A stretch of DNA of 64,000 nt, from NCBI GenBank assembly GCA_016748015.1, contig JAAOMT010000512.1:1247876-1311875 (forward strand), given 5' to 3'. Both the position numbers and the translations under genes were made by a program. The stretch is from Geosiphon pyriformis uo1. Lineage: Eukaryota > Fungi > Glomeromycota. The notes beneath the pieces are model-generated. The model was not told the DNA's origin. It saw only the letters and a list, made by a program, of their open reading frames with translations, and did no database searches. Shown one piece after another: positions 12,420 to 25,241 of the stretch (position 1 is the stretch's first letter; each line of letters opens with the position of its first letter).

Positions 12420-13650
12420 ATTTTGGGGAATATTTTCGGGCTTAATTAAAGGAGAATGTGTACCAATTTGTGAAATTAATGGTTCAGGATTGTTTCTGAA
12501 ATGATAGTGTTTTAGATAATCCCCATGTGTAGGATTTTGTCATCAAGTCTTAACTTGTATGATCTGTTGCTTAGAACTTCATGGATAAAGAATGGTATGT
12601 CCCATTTATTTTCAAATTTTCTACTCCATTGTTTTTCAGCTTTAGTTTTGTGTAAAAAAACTTTGTTTCCAACTTTAAATTCATTAGTGACTGGTGGCAA
12701 TTTGTTGTTATGCTGTTTTTTTTTTTTTTTTGTTGAGCTTGGGAGTGTTTGATATGGGTAGCTGCTATTCATCGTTTTCCTTCTAATGTGCTGAAAAGAG
12801 TGTAGGCTCTTCATTGGAGCATTTCCTGAAAGTTTTCTTTGTTAATTGGTTGTACTGGATATGATTCCACAGTGAAATTAATTGGTAACATTGCTGTCCT
12901 TTCATAGGTTAAATCAAATGGTGTGTGTTTTGTGGTATCTTGTTTTAGTGTTCTATATGCTAGTAACACTGATGGAATAAAGATATCCTATTCCTGTTCA
13001 AAATTGGTTGAGACTTTGGCTAATGATTCACACAGTGTTTTATTGAAACATTCTACAAGTCTATTTGTTTGTGGATGGTAGAGTGAAGACAAAGGTCTTT
13101 TGACATTGAATCGTTCACAAATTTCTTGGATTAGATTGTTCACAAAATGTGTTTCTTGGTCGGACAAAAGTTCAATTGGGCATCCATGTCTACAAATAAT
13201 GTCTTCATAGATAAAATTTGCTACTGATTTTGCATCTGCTCATTGAATAGCTCTGGCTTTGAGCCATTTGGTAAGATAATCTATTGCTACTGCTATGTAT
13301 CAGTTTTCTTGCATGGTAATAGGTAGTGGTCTGACTAAATCGATACCAACTTGGTCAAAAGGTTGTCCAACTTTGATTGGATTTAAAGGTTCAGTAAGGC
13401 ATGTTCCTTCTTTTTTTTGACAACTATCACAAAATTCAACATATTGATGTATGTCTCTTCTCATTCGGGCCCAAAAATAGTATTCTAGTGTTTTTTGGGT
13501 GGTGCTGTCTTTTCTGAAGTGTGCTAATAAAAAATCTGAGTGCATGTTGTATAATATAGTCTCTTTTTTGTGTTCTTGTATTAATCTGAGTGGTTTGTCT
13601 GAGTTTTTGAAATTTCAATAATAAATGATGTTGTTGTGTAGAAAATATTG
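12420..13650 (-). pseudogene. pol: Integrase of A2
   Basis: YYFWARM...CDSC, PFDQVGIDLV, KWDIPFFI; small deletions and frameshifts. Confidence 0.92.
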
Positions 13651-13829
13651 TTTGGCTTGTTGTTGTAATTGATGTTTTTCCTCTAGAGACCAATTTGTTA
13701 AGATTGTTAAAGTCTCTAAATATTGTTTGATATTGTTGTAGTTTTCAGAGTTTATTGTTTGGTGGCTGTTTCTGTTGTTTGGATTGAATGATGGTTTATT
13801 TTTCTAATCTTGTCTTATTCTTGAAAGAC

Positions 13830-15137
13830 AGTCAACATTGGTGTGGAGTTTTCCTGGTTTGTGGTGTACTATATATTAATAATTTGCTAGAAATCTTATC
13901 CATTGGGTTTGTTTTGCATTGAGTTGGGTGTTTTTGTTTTGTAACCATTTGAGTCTAATATTATCAGTGATAATATTGAATTCCTTTGGCCGGAGATAAA
14001 GGTTGAAATGATGTAAGACCCATATTACTGCTGCTGTTTCTAGTTCAGTTGTAGGGTAATTCTTTTTAGTGAGTTTCAATGTTCTGCTAGCATAAGCAAT
14101 TACTTGCTCATTTTCATTGTCATCCAATTGTGATAGAATAGTGCCAAAGGCAGTATAAAAAGCATCTGTTGCTAATCAGAATCAGTTGCTGAAATCTGGG
14201 TAGATGAAAATTGGAGCTGTTGTTAGTTTTTTTTTGAGGATTTCAAATGCATTTTGGTGTTCAACAGTCCATTTGTATTTGACATTTTTGGTGGTAAGCT
14301 GGTTGAGAAGTTTTGCAATTTCTGAGAATTCTTTAATAAACTTTTGATAGTAGGAGGCTAATCTTATGAATCCTCTTAGTTCTATAGTGTTTTGAGGAGT
14401 TTTGAAGTTTTTGACAGTGCTGATTTTTCCAGGGTCTGGTTTGATTCCATCTTTACTAATGATATGACCAAGGAAGGCCAAGCTTGTTTTTCCAAAGTAG
14501 CATTTTTCAATGTTTAGTTTCAATCCTGCTTTCTGTAATTGTTGAAAAACTTTTCGCAGGTGTTTTAAGTGTAATTCAAAAGATAGCAAATAAACATCAG
14601 TATCATTGAGATAGACAACTATAGACTTCCAAAGGAAGCCTTTAAAAACAACATCCATGAGTCTTTGGAATGTTGCTAGTGTATTGTATAATCTGAAAGG
14701 CATTACATTGAATTCGTAATTTCCTCCTTGGGTTGTGAAGGCTGTTTTGGAACGATCTTTGGGATCCATGACAACTTGCCAGTATCCGCTTTCTAAATCT
14801 AGTGTTGAAAAGTATTTGGATTTTCCAAGGGCATCTAACATGTCATTGATTTGGGGAAGAGAGTAGGCATCTCCAATGGTAACACTGTTGAGTTGTTGAT
14901 AATCAACACAAAATCATATTTTTCTATTTTTCTTTTTAACTAGAACCACAGATGAAGCCCATAGACTCATTGATGGTTGAATAAGCCCATTGTTAAGCAT
15001 CCATTGTACTTCTTCTTGAATAAATTGGTGACTTTTTGGAACAACTTGGTAGGCTTGTTGTTACCTTGGTTTGGCATCTTCTGTATAGATTTGGTGTTGA
15101 ACCAAATTGGTTCTTTCTAAGTCATTGTTGTTTTTGG
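13830..15137 (-). pseudogene. pol: RT + RNase H of A2
   Basis: FSTLDLESGYWQV, VMPF, VYLND, IAYASRTL, ELETAAVIW. Confidence 0.95.
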
Positions 15138-16114
15138 TGTTACTGGAGGTTTTTGGTCTCTTTTCTTGAATGTTGTTAATGTTGATTTGCTGTGAATTTA
15201 TGTTCCCAGGAAGTAGTTAGACCTCCAGTAACTGAATTTATCTTCAAATTATCTCCTATAATTTGAACTGCTGGGCTTATAAGTGAAATAGCCAATTCCA
15301 TGCCAGTTGCTTTATGTAGTTACATTGTAGTAAACATTAACTCTTTCCCAGGAATTGCTCATCTGGAAGCTCACAAAAAAATGTGTAGTTACTTTGCTGT
15401 GAAAGTCAACTCTTCTACAGAAAGCTTGTCTGTAGGCTACCCTAATAATTGTAATAAGACAAGGAAAGAAAAATAAAAGAAAATGTAAAGGAAATTGAAT
15501 TTTGTCAAGAGAAACGTTTTCTATTCAGGCCTGGAGTTATTAACAGTTCACTGAAATTGGTAGCTAATCAATTTCAAAACGTTAGTTGGGTTTTGAGAAT
15601 TTTTCAAGTGCAATAATTAAAGAATTTGGTTTTTTGAATTATTTGATATTTATTTCTTTTTGTGTGTGTAAGAATAGTTCTAAGTAATAAATCTAAAGTA
15701 AGATAAAATACATTTTCTCAAAGAAAGAAGCTCTTCTTTTATACAACTTGTTGTAACACTATTCTATGAACTTGAACTTTGCTATTTTTTTCAATTTCGC
15801 TGAACTAGAGATATATTTCAGCAAACTACAAGTTATTTCTGTGAATTATTAAATATTTTGGTGAACTATCAATTATTTTGGCAAATTTCTACAAATTTCA
15901 GCAAATTCTTAAATGTTACATAGTTTGGGGTATTGCATGATTGATTATCACAATTAGGTTACATTTATGTTACATACAAATTGGGTTATTAATTAAATGA
16001 TAATTTCGGATATTTTACTAAATGTAATAAGTGATAATTTGAAATGCTAATTAATGATAAGAATTATAAGAGTAATTTCATGTTAAGCAATATCTCTAAT
16101 TTTGTCTGGTAATA
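15138..16114 (-). mobile_element. Solo LTR, family A; TSD TTGG
   Basis: TTGG at 15134-15137 and 16115-16118; no PBS or PPT; the host frame EFADIFA|KNNND rejoins. Confidence 0.93.
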
Positions 16115-16624
16115 TTGGCAAAGATATCGGCAAATTCTGCAATTAGCTTTTTGAGCTGGTTCTGTTGTTGTGGTTCAAGTTGTCCCATGTTGATTCAAGA
16201 TAGTTTTTCTATGACAACATGATAGTTTTCAGAACTGGAATTTGGGTTGATTTTTGGTAGTAAATGTTCAATGATTTCCGAGAAATTGAGAACTGTCTGG
16301 GGTAATTCTTGTTGAAAGATGTTACTGTGAATAACTCCAATTTCTATGTTATTTAATAAAACTATGAGGTAACTGTTGAGATTGTAAAAAGTAACTCGGA
16401 CTTTCTTTGTTCCTTCTGGAATGTAAATATTTGAGATCAAGATATTATGTTCCAAGCAGATTTGTTCATTGGACTCAAAAATTTGTTATGCAGTTATTGG
16501 CTTTGGGCAGGTGTAGATTTCCAGATGTTCTCCAAAGGGTGAAATAGTAATTGGTTGTGAAAGTCATAGAATCTGATGAGATTCATTTTGTTTGTTAAGA
16601 GCTATGTTTACTGGAACTGTGAAT

Positions 16625-17040
16625 TATCCAGTTGAACCAAAATCTTGGGTTTCTCTATCGCTTTTTCCTAATTGTTCTCTTTGATTGACTAGTTGCAAAC
16701 CCGAAATGTTGATTAGGGGTAGGTAAATAGCTTAGGCAATTTTTTCAGCATGTTTGATCTTGAAAGGTTTATCGGTTTCATTTTGGAGTATTACTGTTAT
16801 GTCACCAATATATCCAGCATCAATTATTCCTCCTCTGACATTGATTCCTTTGCTTGCCAGAGAGGACCAGGAGGCAATTTGAACTATTGCTCCTGTTAGG
16901 ATTTCGAGGGCAATTTTGAGGTTGATTTTTGTGAGAGATTTGGGTTTGAAAATAAGAGTATCCTTGTCTGGATATCTTAGGTCATATCCAGCATCAATTT
17001 CATGTGCTTTTTTGGGTTTTATTCCTTGTTCATTGTTGTT
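16625..17040 (-). pseudogene. dut: dUTPase domain of A2
   Basis: DAGYDL, ASWSS (RSS decayed), GGIIDAGYIGDI, DFGST. Confidence 0.93.
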
Positions 17041-17149
17041 GAAGTATTTGAGTTGTAAGGCAGGCTGATTTTCAATGAGATAGATGGATGTTGCTTCAAT
17101 TTTTTCTGTTGCTTCAAGTTCTCCAATTTCAATTTCATTTTCATCATTT

Positions 17150-17850
17150 TTACTGGGTAGGGGAATGCTAAGAGCATAGCATTCAGGACACCACTGTTCA
17201 TCACAAGGCATAATGTATTCTTCATATAGCCTAATGTTCATTTGCTCCAATCATTGAATTTGAGCTTCTTGGATTGGGTAGGTGTGACTTGCAATTTGGT
17301 GGTAGATTTCTACTTTATCTTTATAATTGAATCCAGCTAATTCCATGGTGTATTCAATGTATTCTGCTTCCTTCATTTGATGAACATCTTTTTTGGTAGC
17401 TCTATTAACTAATGTTATTGCTAGATCAAAAATCATCTCAGCATTATGGAGGTAGTGATAAAGTTTGTTAAAAGCACTGTTGTATGCCGCATTAAAGAGT
17501 GTTCCTTTTTTGACTTTTTTGAAATTGATAAAGCATATTGGCAGGTCTGATTGCAGACTCCTTCTCTCATTGCTACATCAATCCAATTGCATTCTTTCAG
17601 TAGCATATCTCCACAAGTCAAACAAGAGGTGTTGTTCCATTTTCCGCTTCTTTTTATTAGATGACCCCATCATTCTCTGTGGCAAGCTTTGTAGTAATAA
17701 CAAGTATAATTTTCATATTCTTCTTCAGGTAAAATGCAGGCTCCCATTGATGAGAGTTTCTTGTGGCAATCTTTGCATTTGAGTGGAATGTAAGGGCATT
17801 GTTTTCGTGGTTCTGGTTTTGAATAGAAAACATTTCATTCAGTTGTCACT
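17150..17850 (-). pseudogene. Cys-rich insert of A2
   Basis: CKDC, CLTC, CNQTC, CPEC; colinear with A1. Confidence 0.72.
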
Positions 17851-18039
17851 AGTTCTTTTGTTTCAAAAAAATCATTTGTTAAAAAGTACTGTTGTTCAGT
17901 TTTATCAGCCCAATTGGAAGTTGATCCAAGTGCCATAAATGTTTCAATAATGGGCTTTTCTTCTTCCAGTTCGAATTCAAAAGCCAGGGCTTTTTTGGAG
18001 CATTTGTTGAATGTACCACAAGTGGCAGGTATCTGGGCA

Positions 18040-18380
18040 TGTTGTCCTTGGTAAGAGATTGTTAACTCTTATGTCTTCCAATTCAGATTAGCATTGGCTT
18101 TTTGAAGCCAATCATTTCTGATGAGAGCTTGGTATTGGGAAGCATCCATGACCAGAACTTTGACTAAAATGATAATTCTGTCAATTGTGAATGGGAAGTT
18201 GTCAATTTCTCCTACTGAAGTCTTTTTTATGCCATCAGCAGTGACAATAATTGTTTGAGCTGGTTGGTCAACGTTTCTCTTTAGCTGCTGTATCAATTAA
18301 TATGTGATGATGCTTCCAGTGGATCCACTGTCTAGAATCAAGCAAATTGGCTTTTCTTCTACTTCAGCTTCTGTGTACAT
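18040..18380 (-). pseudogene. pol: Aspartic protease of A2
   Basis: LILDSGSTGS, IVTADG, ALIRNDWL. Confidence 0.92.
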
Positions 18381-18399
18381 TGCAGTGATGGCTTTTTGT

Positions 18400-20373
18400 T
18401 CATTAGCCACTGCATTGCTAAGCAAAAATGGTAATTCATTTGCTTCAAATTCGAAAGAGAATATATCTGAAAAGTTGGCATTTTCAGCAATTCTGGCTGG
18501 TGGGATTGTGGTAGAAATATAGAAAGAGTTTTGTTGTTGTGCTGCAGCTCTACCTTCTAAGAGTACAGTATGGCAAAAATCCTGTTCTTCTGGTATCATA
18601 AGATAACTAGGTTGAGTATGATAGTGGTTGGGTCTTGGTTGGGGGAACTAATTGGTTGTTCGAATTGATTCTATTGTTGTTTACTTGGTATTGGTTTTGT
18701 GATGTGAATTGATTTTGTGGAATTAATCTTTGAGCAGGTACTTGATAATGTTGTATAGGTGGTTGTTGGTATTGCTGTTGGATTGGCTGTAGGGCAGGCT
18801 AATAATAGTTACTTTGGAATTGAAGTCTTAGTGAATAGTAAGCTGGTGGTGGTAGTTGATAATAAAATTGTTGTGGTAGAGGGTAACGTTGATTACTTCT
18901 ATTTTGTTGGTCTCATTGTAGCTTTCTGCAATCTTTTTTCCAGTGGCCAGGGATTCTACAGTAATGGCAATTCTTAGGCTGGTTATTAGAAAGTGGTGTA
19001 AAGTTATTTTGATTTCGTTTTTGGGGTGATTGATATCTTTGGGATTGCTGTTGTTGTTAGTTGGTAAAATAGTTTTCAACCTTCTTTGTAAGTTGGTCAA
19101 TTTTCTTCTCAACTGCTGAGCTGGTTTCTTCAATTGCCAAATTTACAAGTTTTGTGTGATTGGTTTTTTCCATGGCCATTTTGTATCTTTTTGCATGCTG
19201 TATGGCAGAGTTTAAATCTTCTGAGACATGTGGGTAAACCTTTTTAATCAGTTTATCCTTTAGACCAACAATAAATTGATCCAAAATTTGAGTGTTTGAG
19301 TAATAATCATTGGTTTTTAGTTGACAAATCCTTCTGAGAAGTTTGTTAAACTTCCCAAGATAAGTTATAACAGATTCAGAGGATTCTTGTTTGATATTGT
19401 GAAACCAATTTCGAAGGGTAATGGAGGTATTATTGTCAGTAAACTGTTCAAGAAAGGCTGCTTTGAAAGCATCCCAATCATTGAATAGAGCAGCCAAGTT
19501 TTCAAACCATTCTTCTGCTGTTCCTTTGAGAAAGTAGGGGATAGTTCTTAACATTCTAACAGCATTCCAACCATTTGCATCTCCTGCTTTAGTGACTTGA
19601 TCAAGCCATTCTTAAGGACTGGTTTTGATGTTCTCTTCTGAAAAGTCAGAGATTTTTGCAATATAAGTGGAGACCATTTCTTCTTTGTTTTCCAAGTCTT
19701 CTGTTTCTTGTTCTGATTCAGTCTTTTCACTTTGATTTTCTGCTAAGTAGTCAATAAGGTTTGTGCTGGTTGATATTGGTTCTTGTTGTTGAATAGCGCT
19801 TTTGAGTGACTGAAAATCTTCTATTCTTGAAAATTGAATAAGAGGAGAATTTGGTGTTTGTGGTTGAGCAAGTGAAATTGGAAATGGTGTAATAGAAAGT
19901 GGTAATTTGACACTGGTTCTTTGTTTAGGTGTTTGCAAGTGTTTGGCAGTTGTCTTTGTCAGTATTGGAGTGTTTGGAGTGGTTTTTGAGTGTTGTTTCA
20001 CTTTTTGTTTGCCTTTGTTGCTTGTTTCTGTTTCTGATTCAGAGTCAAAAGTGTATTTGGACTGCACTGGATATTTTTCTTTGCAATACTTGATAATGTT
20101 ATAATTGAGTTCTTGAAAGTAGGTGGCAAGTGTTTCACTGTTAAGGTCTTCAGTTCCTAATCGTGAATAGTGCACTAAATTATTGTAGAGGTTGCTTCTA
20201 ACTTTTGAAATGTTGTAATTTCCAAGAAGATAATTGTTGATACGGTTTTCAATATATAGGTAAAGTGTTCTCTTGACAATTTCAGTTCCATTTGGAATGT
20301 TAAATCTTTGCTTACAATGGGTGTAAATTGACTGGTAATACTCTAGAGTTGCTGTATCTGGTGTGGTCACCAC
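18400..20373 (-). pseudogene. gag: gag of A2 (N-terminal extension, capsid, CCHC knuckle)
   Basis: GTG-started 232-aa extension, then MVSTYIAK..., YFLKGTAEEWF, CHYCRIPGHWKKDC. Confidence 0.88.
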
Positions 20374-20404
20374 TTTGAATTTTTGTTGTTGCTATGTTAT
20401 TTTT

Positions 20405-20418
20405 ATGGGAGAGCACCA
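20405..20418 (-). other. Primer binding site of A2
   Basis: TGGTGCTCTCCCAT, 2 nt after the 5' LTR. Confidence 0.85.
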
Positions 20419-20420
20419 AA

Positions 20421-21402
20421 TGTTACCAGAGGTTTTTGGTCTCTTTTCTTGAATGTTGTTAATGTTGATTTGCTGTGAATTCATGTTTTCTGGATGTGGT
20501 TGAATCTCCAGTAACTAAATTTATCTTCAAATTATCTCCTATAATTTGAACTGCTGGGCTTATAAGTGGAATGGCCAATTCCGTGCCAGTTACTTGTGTA
20601 GTTATGTTGTAGTAAACATCAACTCTTTTCCAGGAAATGCTCATCTGGAAGCTTATTAAAATGTGTAGTTACTTTACTGTGAAAGTCAACTCTTCTACAG
20701 GAATTCTCATCTGTAAGCTACCCAAATAATTTATAATAAAAAAAGAAAGAGAATAAAAGAGATGTAAAAGAAAAATAAAACTGATGATTTATGAAAGTCG
20801 TTTCAGATCCAGACCTGGAAGTTCTTTAACAGTTTACTGAAATTGGTAGCTAGTTAATTTCAAACTGTTGATAGGAATTGGTTAATTTCAAGGGAAATAA
20901 TTAAGAATTTGGCTTTTCAAATTTATTTGATATTTATTTTGTTTTGTGTATAAAGGATAATTCTAATTGTTAAATCTGAAGTAAGATATATTTTCTCGAA
21001 GAGAGAAGCTTTTCTTTTATACAACTTGTCATAACACTATTCTATAAACTTGAACTTTGCTATTTTCTTCAATTTCGCTGAACTAAAAATACATTTCGGC
21101 AAACTACAAGTTATTTCTGTAAACTATTAGATATTTTGGTGAACTATCAATTATTTCGGCAAATTTCTACAAATTTTGGCAAACTTTTTGAATGTTACAT
21201 AGTTCGGGGTATTGCATGATTGATCATCACAATTAGGTTACATTTATGTTATGTACAAATTGGGTTATTAATTAAATGATAATTTCAGACATTTTGCTAA
21301 TGTAATAAGTAATAATTTAAAACAATAATATATGTTAATTAATGATAGAAATTATAAAGATAATTTCATGCTAAATAATATCTCTAATTTTATCTGGTAA
21401 CA
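20421..21402 (-). repeat. 5' LTR of A2
   Basis: Pairs with 10550-11531; followed by PBS. Confidence 0.95.
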
Positions 21403-22159
21403 CCATGAATTCTGGAATCTTTGCAATATAAGCAGTTGTTATTTCCTCTTTGTTTTCTGTGGCTTTTCCTTGTTCTGATTTAGTTTCTTCACTTTCCAAA
21501 TTTTCTGAATGATCACTTTTGTTTTTTTGCAAGTATTCAATAATATTGATGCTTGTTGATATAGGTTCCTGCTGTTGAGTAGGATTTCTAGATGACTGAA
21601 AATCTTCTGGTTTGGAGAAATGGTTAAGTGGTAAATTTGGTGTTTGTGGTTGAGCAAGTAAAATTAGAAATGGTGTGATAGAAAGTGGTAATTTGACACT
21701 GGTTCTTTGTTCAGGTGTTTGCAAGTGTTTGGCAGTTGTCTTTGGTAGTATTGGAGTGTTTGGAGCAGTTTTTGAGTATTGTTTCACTTTTTGTTTGCCT
21801 TTGTTGCCTGTTTCTGTTTCTGATTCAAAGTTAAAAAAGTATTTAGACTGTACTGGGTATTTTTCTTCACAATACTTGATAATGTTGTAATTGAGTTCTT
21901 GAAAGTAGGTGGCAAGTGTTTTACTGTTAAAATTTTCAGTTTCCAATCGTAAATAGTGTACTAGATTATTGTAGAGGTTGCTTCTCACTTCTGAAATGTT
22001 GTAATTTCCAAGAAGATAATTGTTGATACGGTTTTCAATGTATTGGTAGAGTGTTTTTTCAACAATTTCAATTCCGTCTGAGATGTTGAATTTCTGCTTG
22101 CAATGGGTGTAAATTGACTGATAATACTCTAGAGTTGTTGTGTCTGGTGTGGTTACCAC
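21403..22159 (-). pseudogene. gag: gag N-terminal extension of A1
   Basis: VVTTPDTTTLEYYQSIY...TAYIAKIPEF; homologous to A2 19612-20373. Confidence 0.85.
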
Positions 22160-22190
22160 TTTAAAGTTTGTTGTTTGCTGTATTATTTCT

Positions 22191-22204
22191 ATGAGAGAGC
22201 ACCA
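22191..22204 (-). other. Primer binding site of A1
   Basis: TGGTGCTCTCTCAT, 2 nt after the LTR. Confidence 0.85.
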
Positions 22205-22206
22205 AA

Positions 22207-23197
22207 TGTTACCAGAGGTTTTTGGTCTCTTTTCTTGAATGTTGTAACTGTCTGTTGGTTGCAAATTTACATTTTCTAGAAGTATTTGAATCTCCAATAA
22301 CTGAATTTATCTTCAAATTATCTCCTCTAATTTGAATTGCTGGGCTTATAAGTGGAATGACCAATTCTGTGCCAGTTACTTTATATAGTTACATTGTAGT
22401 AAATGCCAACTCTTTTCCAGGAATTGCTCATCTGGAAGCTCACTAAAAATGTGTAGTTACTTTGCTGTGAAAGTCAACTCTTCTACAGAAATTTCGTCTG
22501 TAGGCTACCCTAATGATTACAGTAAGAAAATAAAAAAAAATAAAAAAAATGTAAAAGAAATTGAATTTTGTTAAGGAAACCATTTTTTATCCAGGTTTGG
22601 AGTCACTAACAGTTTACTGAAATTGGTAGCTAATCAATTTCAAAATGTTAGTTGGGTTTTGGAGATTTTCCAAGTGCAATAATTAAAAAATTTGGTTTTT
22701 CAAATTATTTGATATTTATTTCTTTTTGTGTATATAGGAATAGTTCTAGTGATAAATCTAAAGTAAGATACATTTTCTTGAAGAAAAAAGCTCTTTTTTT
22801 ATACAATTTGTTGTAGTACTAGTCTATGAACTTGCACTTTTTCTCTTTGCTCGAATTTCAGCAAACTAAAGATATATTTTGATGAACTACAAGTTATTTT
22901 TGCTAAACTATTGATTAATTTGGGTGAACTATTCATAATTTCGGTGAATTTCTTATAAATTTTGGCGAATTTCTGTAAATTTTGGCAAATTTTAGAATGT
23001 TACAAAGTTCAGAGTATTGTGTAATTTGATCATCTTACTTTCTGTTATACTAATTAGATTATTTTAATTAAATCGTGATATGTGATAATTGATTAAATAA
23101 TAAATGATAATTTGAAATAATATTAATATACTAATTAATTATAAAAATTATAAGGGTAATTTCATGCTAATTAATAGTTAAAATTCTACTGGTAACA
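22207..23197 (-). repeat. 5' LTR of A1
   Basis: Pairs with 2453-3411; TATAAAA-like box near 22797-22803 on the - strand. Confidence 0.95.
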
Positions 23198-24270
23198 TTG
23201 TTCAGTAACTGAGTAGTTCTTTTCTGCTAGTGTAAAGAATTTACTGACATATGCTATGGCATGTTTTCTGCCATTTTCATTTTTCTGTAAAAGAATAGTA
23301 CCAAGTTCATAGCCAGATGTATCAGTATAGAAGATGAAAGGTTGATTCAGATTTGGTTGCTTGAGAATTGGTTTAGTAACAAGTTTTTCCTTCAGAATTT
23401 CAAAAGTTTTTTGTTGATAAGTGTCCCAGTGATAATTGACATTTTTTCTGAGTAGCTGATTGAGAGGAAAGGCAATTTTGGAGAAATTTTTGATAAATTT
23501 GCGATAGTAAGAGGCCAAACCAAGAAAAGAGCATAGTTCAAGAACATTCATTAATTGTCTAATGTTTTGAACTTTTTCAACTTTAGCTAAGTCAGGGAAG
23601 ATTCCATCTTTTGTAATAAAATAACCAAAAAACTGGGTGGATTGGTGTCCAAAGAAAGATTTGATTGGGTTGATCTTAAGACCAGCATTTCTGAGCAGGT
23701 CAAAAACCTTCTGTAAATATTCAAGATGTTCATCTTAGGTTTTTAAATATACTATTATGTTGTCCAAGTAAACCAGAACAAAGTTTTTTTTTACTAATTT
23801 AAACACTTTATTCATTAGATATTAAAAGGTAGAAGGAGCATTGGTAAGACCAAAAGACATAACTGTGAATTCATAGGTGCCATACTTGGTAATGAAAACA
23901 GTTTTTTTTCTGCTTTCTGAATCCATCTCTATTTGTCAGAATTCAGCAGTTAAGTCAATAGTTGAGAAGAAAGCAGCACCATTGAATTTATTTAGCATTG
24001 CATCAATTTTGAAGAGTGAGTACATGTCTCTTATAGTGACGGCATTTAATTGACAGTAGTCAACACAGAAGCATAGAGTTCCACCTTTCTTGGATACCAC
24101 TACAACTGGGAAAGTCCATTCACTCTTGGTTTTTTGTATAAATCCAAGATCTTTTATCTGGTTTATTTCTTTCTTGATAAACTCATCATTGTATTAATTG
24201 GATTAATAAGGCTTCAAATGGATGGGGCAAGTTTCTTTTGTGGTAATAGTGTGTTGTATTACATGAGTTT
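23198..24270 (-). pseudogene. pol: RT + N-terminal RNase H of element C
   Basis: [54 protein letters not shown]. Confidence 0.92.
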
Positions 24271-24829
24271 ATCCAGGGGTATCACTTTCTTTTAAGATCA
24301 TTGGGCTATTTCTAGCCAACAGATTTTTAATGTTCACTTTTTTTTCTTTAAGGGAAGATTCTTTTTGTTCTATAACTAATAATTGGATTTCAGGTAATTC
24401 ATTCTCAAAGAACTTTTGTACTTTTTTAAGTTTTTCTCGAAGTATCAAACTAATTGGTTTCCAATCTTTGTAATAAATCAGGCAGGATTTGCATTCATCA
24501 CTTGGTGAATACAAAAATTTATTACACCAATACCATGTACAAAAGCCATGCCACCAATAATTGTATTTGGCTTTTTTGCCAGGTTTTCTGTTAAAGATTT
24601 TTTTGAGGATATCATAGTAAAACCAGCAGATTAGCTTGTCATTTACCATGATTTCTTTTTTATCAGCTTTAATATTGTCCAGTGGCTTGTCATTACTGGT
24701 GAAGATAGTATAGACAAGTTCAGCAGTTTCTTCTTGTTTTTCTTGATCTTTATTATTATTGCTCTCATCATCATCTGATTCATCTAATTGTTTTTCTTCT
24801 TGGTTCTGTCGGGTTACTGGAGGAGTTGT

Positions 24830-25195
24830 TTAATGATGGCACTTAACCATAATGGGTTTCTTGCTACATCTAATGGTTAGTTCACAGAGTTCATAATCAA
24901 ACAAGGCTTTAGCTTTTTTGAGCCATTCATTGTTAACTATTATGGTGTATTTTTTTGCTTCAGATACTTCCATGTCAGTTTCATTGCTGATGTTATTAAT
25001 TCGGACAGGAACAGCTTTGGCTATGCTCAGACTTTTTTTTTTGTTACCATGTACATTGGTCATTGGTCTTGTGAATGATTCATCAATTTTTCTGCCAATT
25101 GCTTCTAAAAAGTGTTTGGCAATAACACTAACAGATGATCTACTGTCCAGGATCAAATCAATAAAGTAGCCAATCACTTGGGCTTTGCAAATCAA
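24830..25195 (-). pseudogene. pol: Aspartic protease of element C
   Basis: LILDSRSSVS (DSG decayed), IIVNNEWL. Confidence 0.85.
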
Positions 25196-25241
25196 AGAAA
25201 TAACATTGCTGTTATTAGCAAGTCTAGCTTGATGAAAGTGC

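Larger units (their letters stand above)
10550..21402 (-). mobile_element. Ty3/gypsy LTR retrotransposon 'A2' with dUTPase, inserted in A1 gag; TSD CCGT/CCAT
   Basis: LTRs 10550-11531 and 20421-21402 share subfamily-specific sequence; the host frame IAKIPEF|TGED rejoins. Confidence 0.95.
2453..23197 (-). mobile_element. Ty3/gypsy LTR retrotransposon 'A1' with dUTPase; own sequence 2453-10549 and 21403-23197; TSD TTGT
   Basis: LTRs 2453-3411 and 22207-23197 (TGTTACCAG...CTGGTAACA), TTGT at 2449-2452 and 23198-23201, PBS, PPT and full domain order. Confidence 0.95.

Noticed and set aside
22405-22510. Hammerhead ribozyme (CAGATGAG...GAAA)
   Set aside because: The core reads CAGA rather than CUGA, and those bases sit in a simple stem without the three-helix junction.
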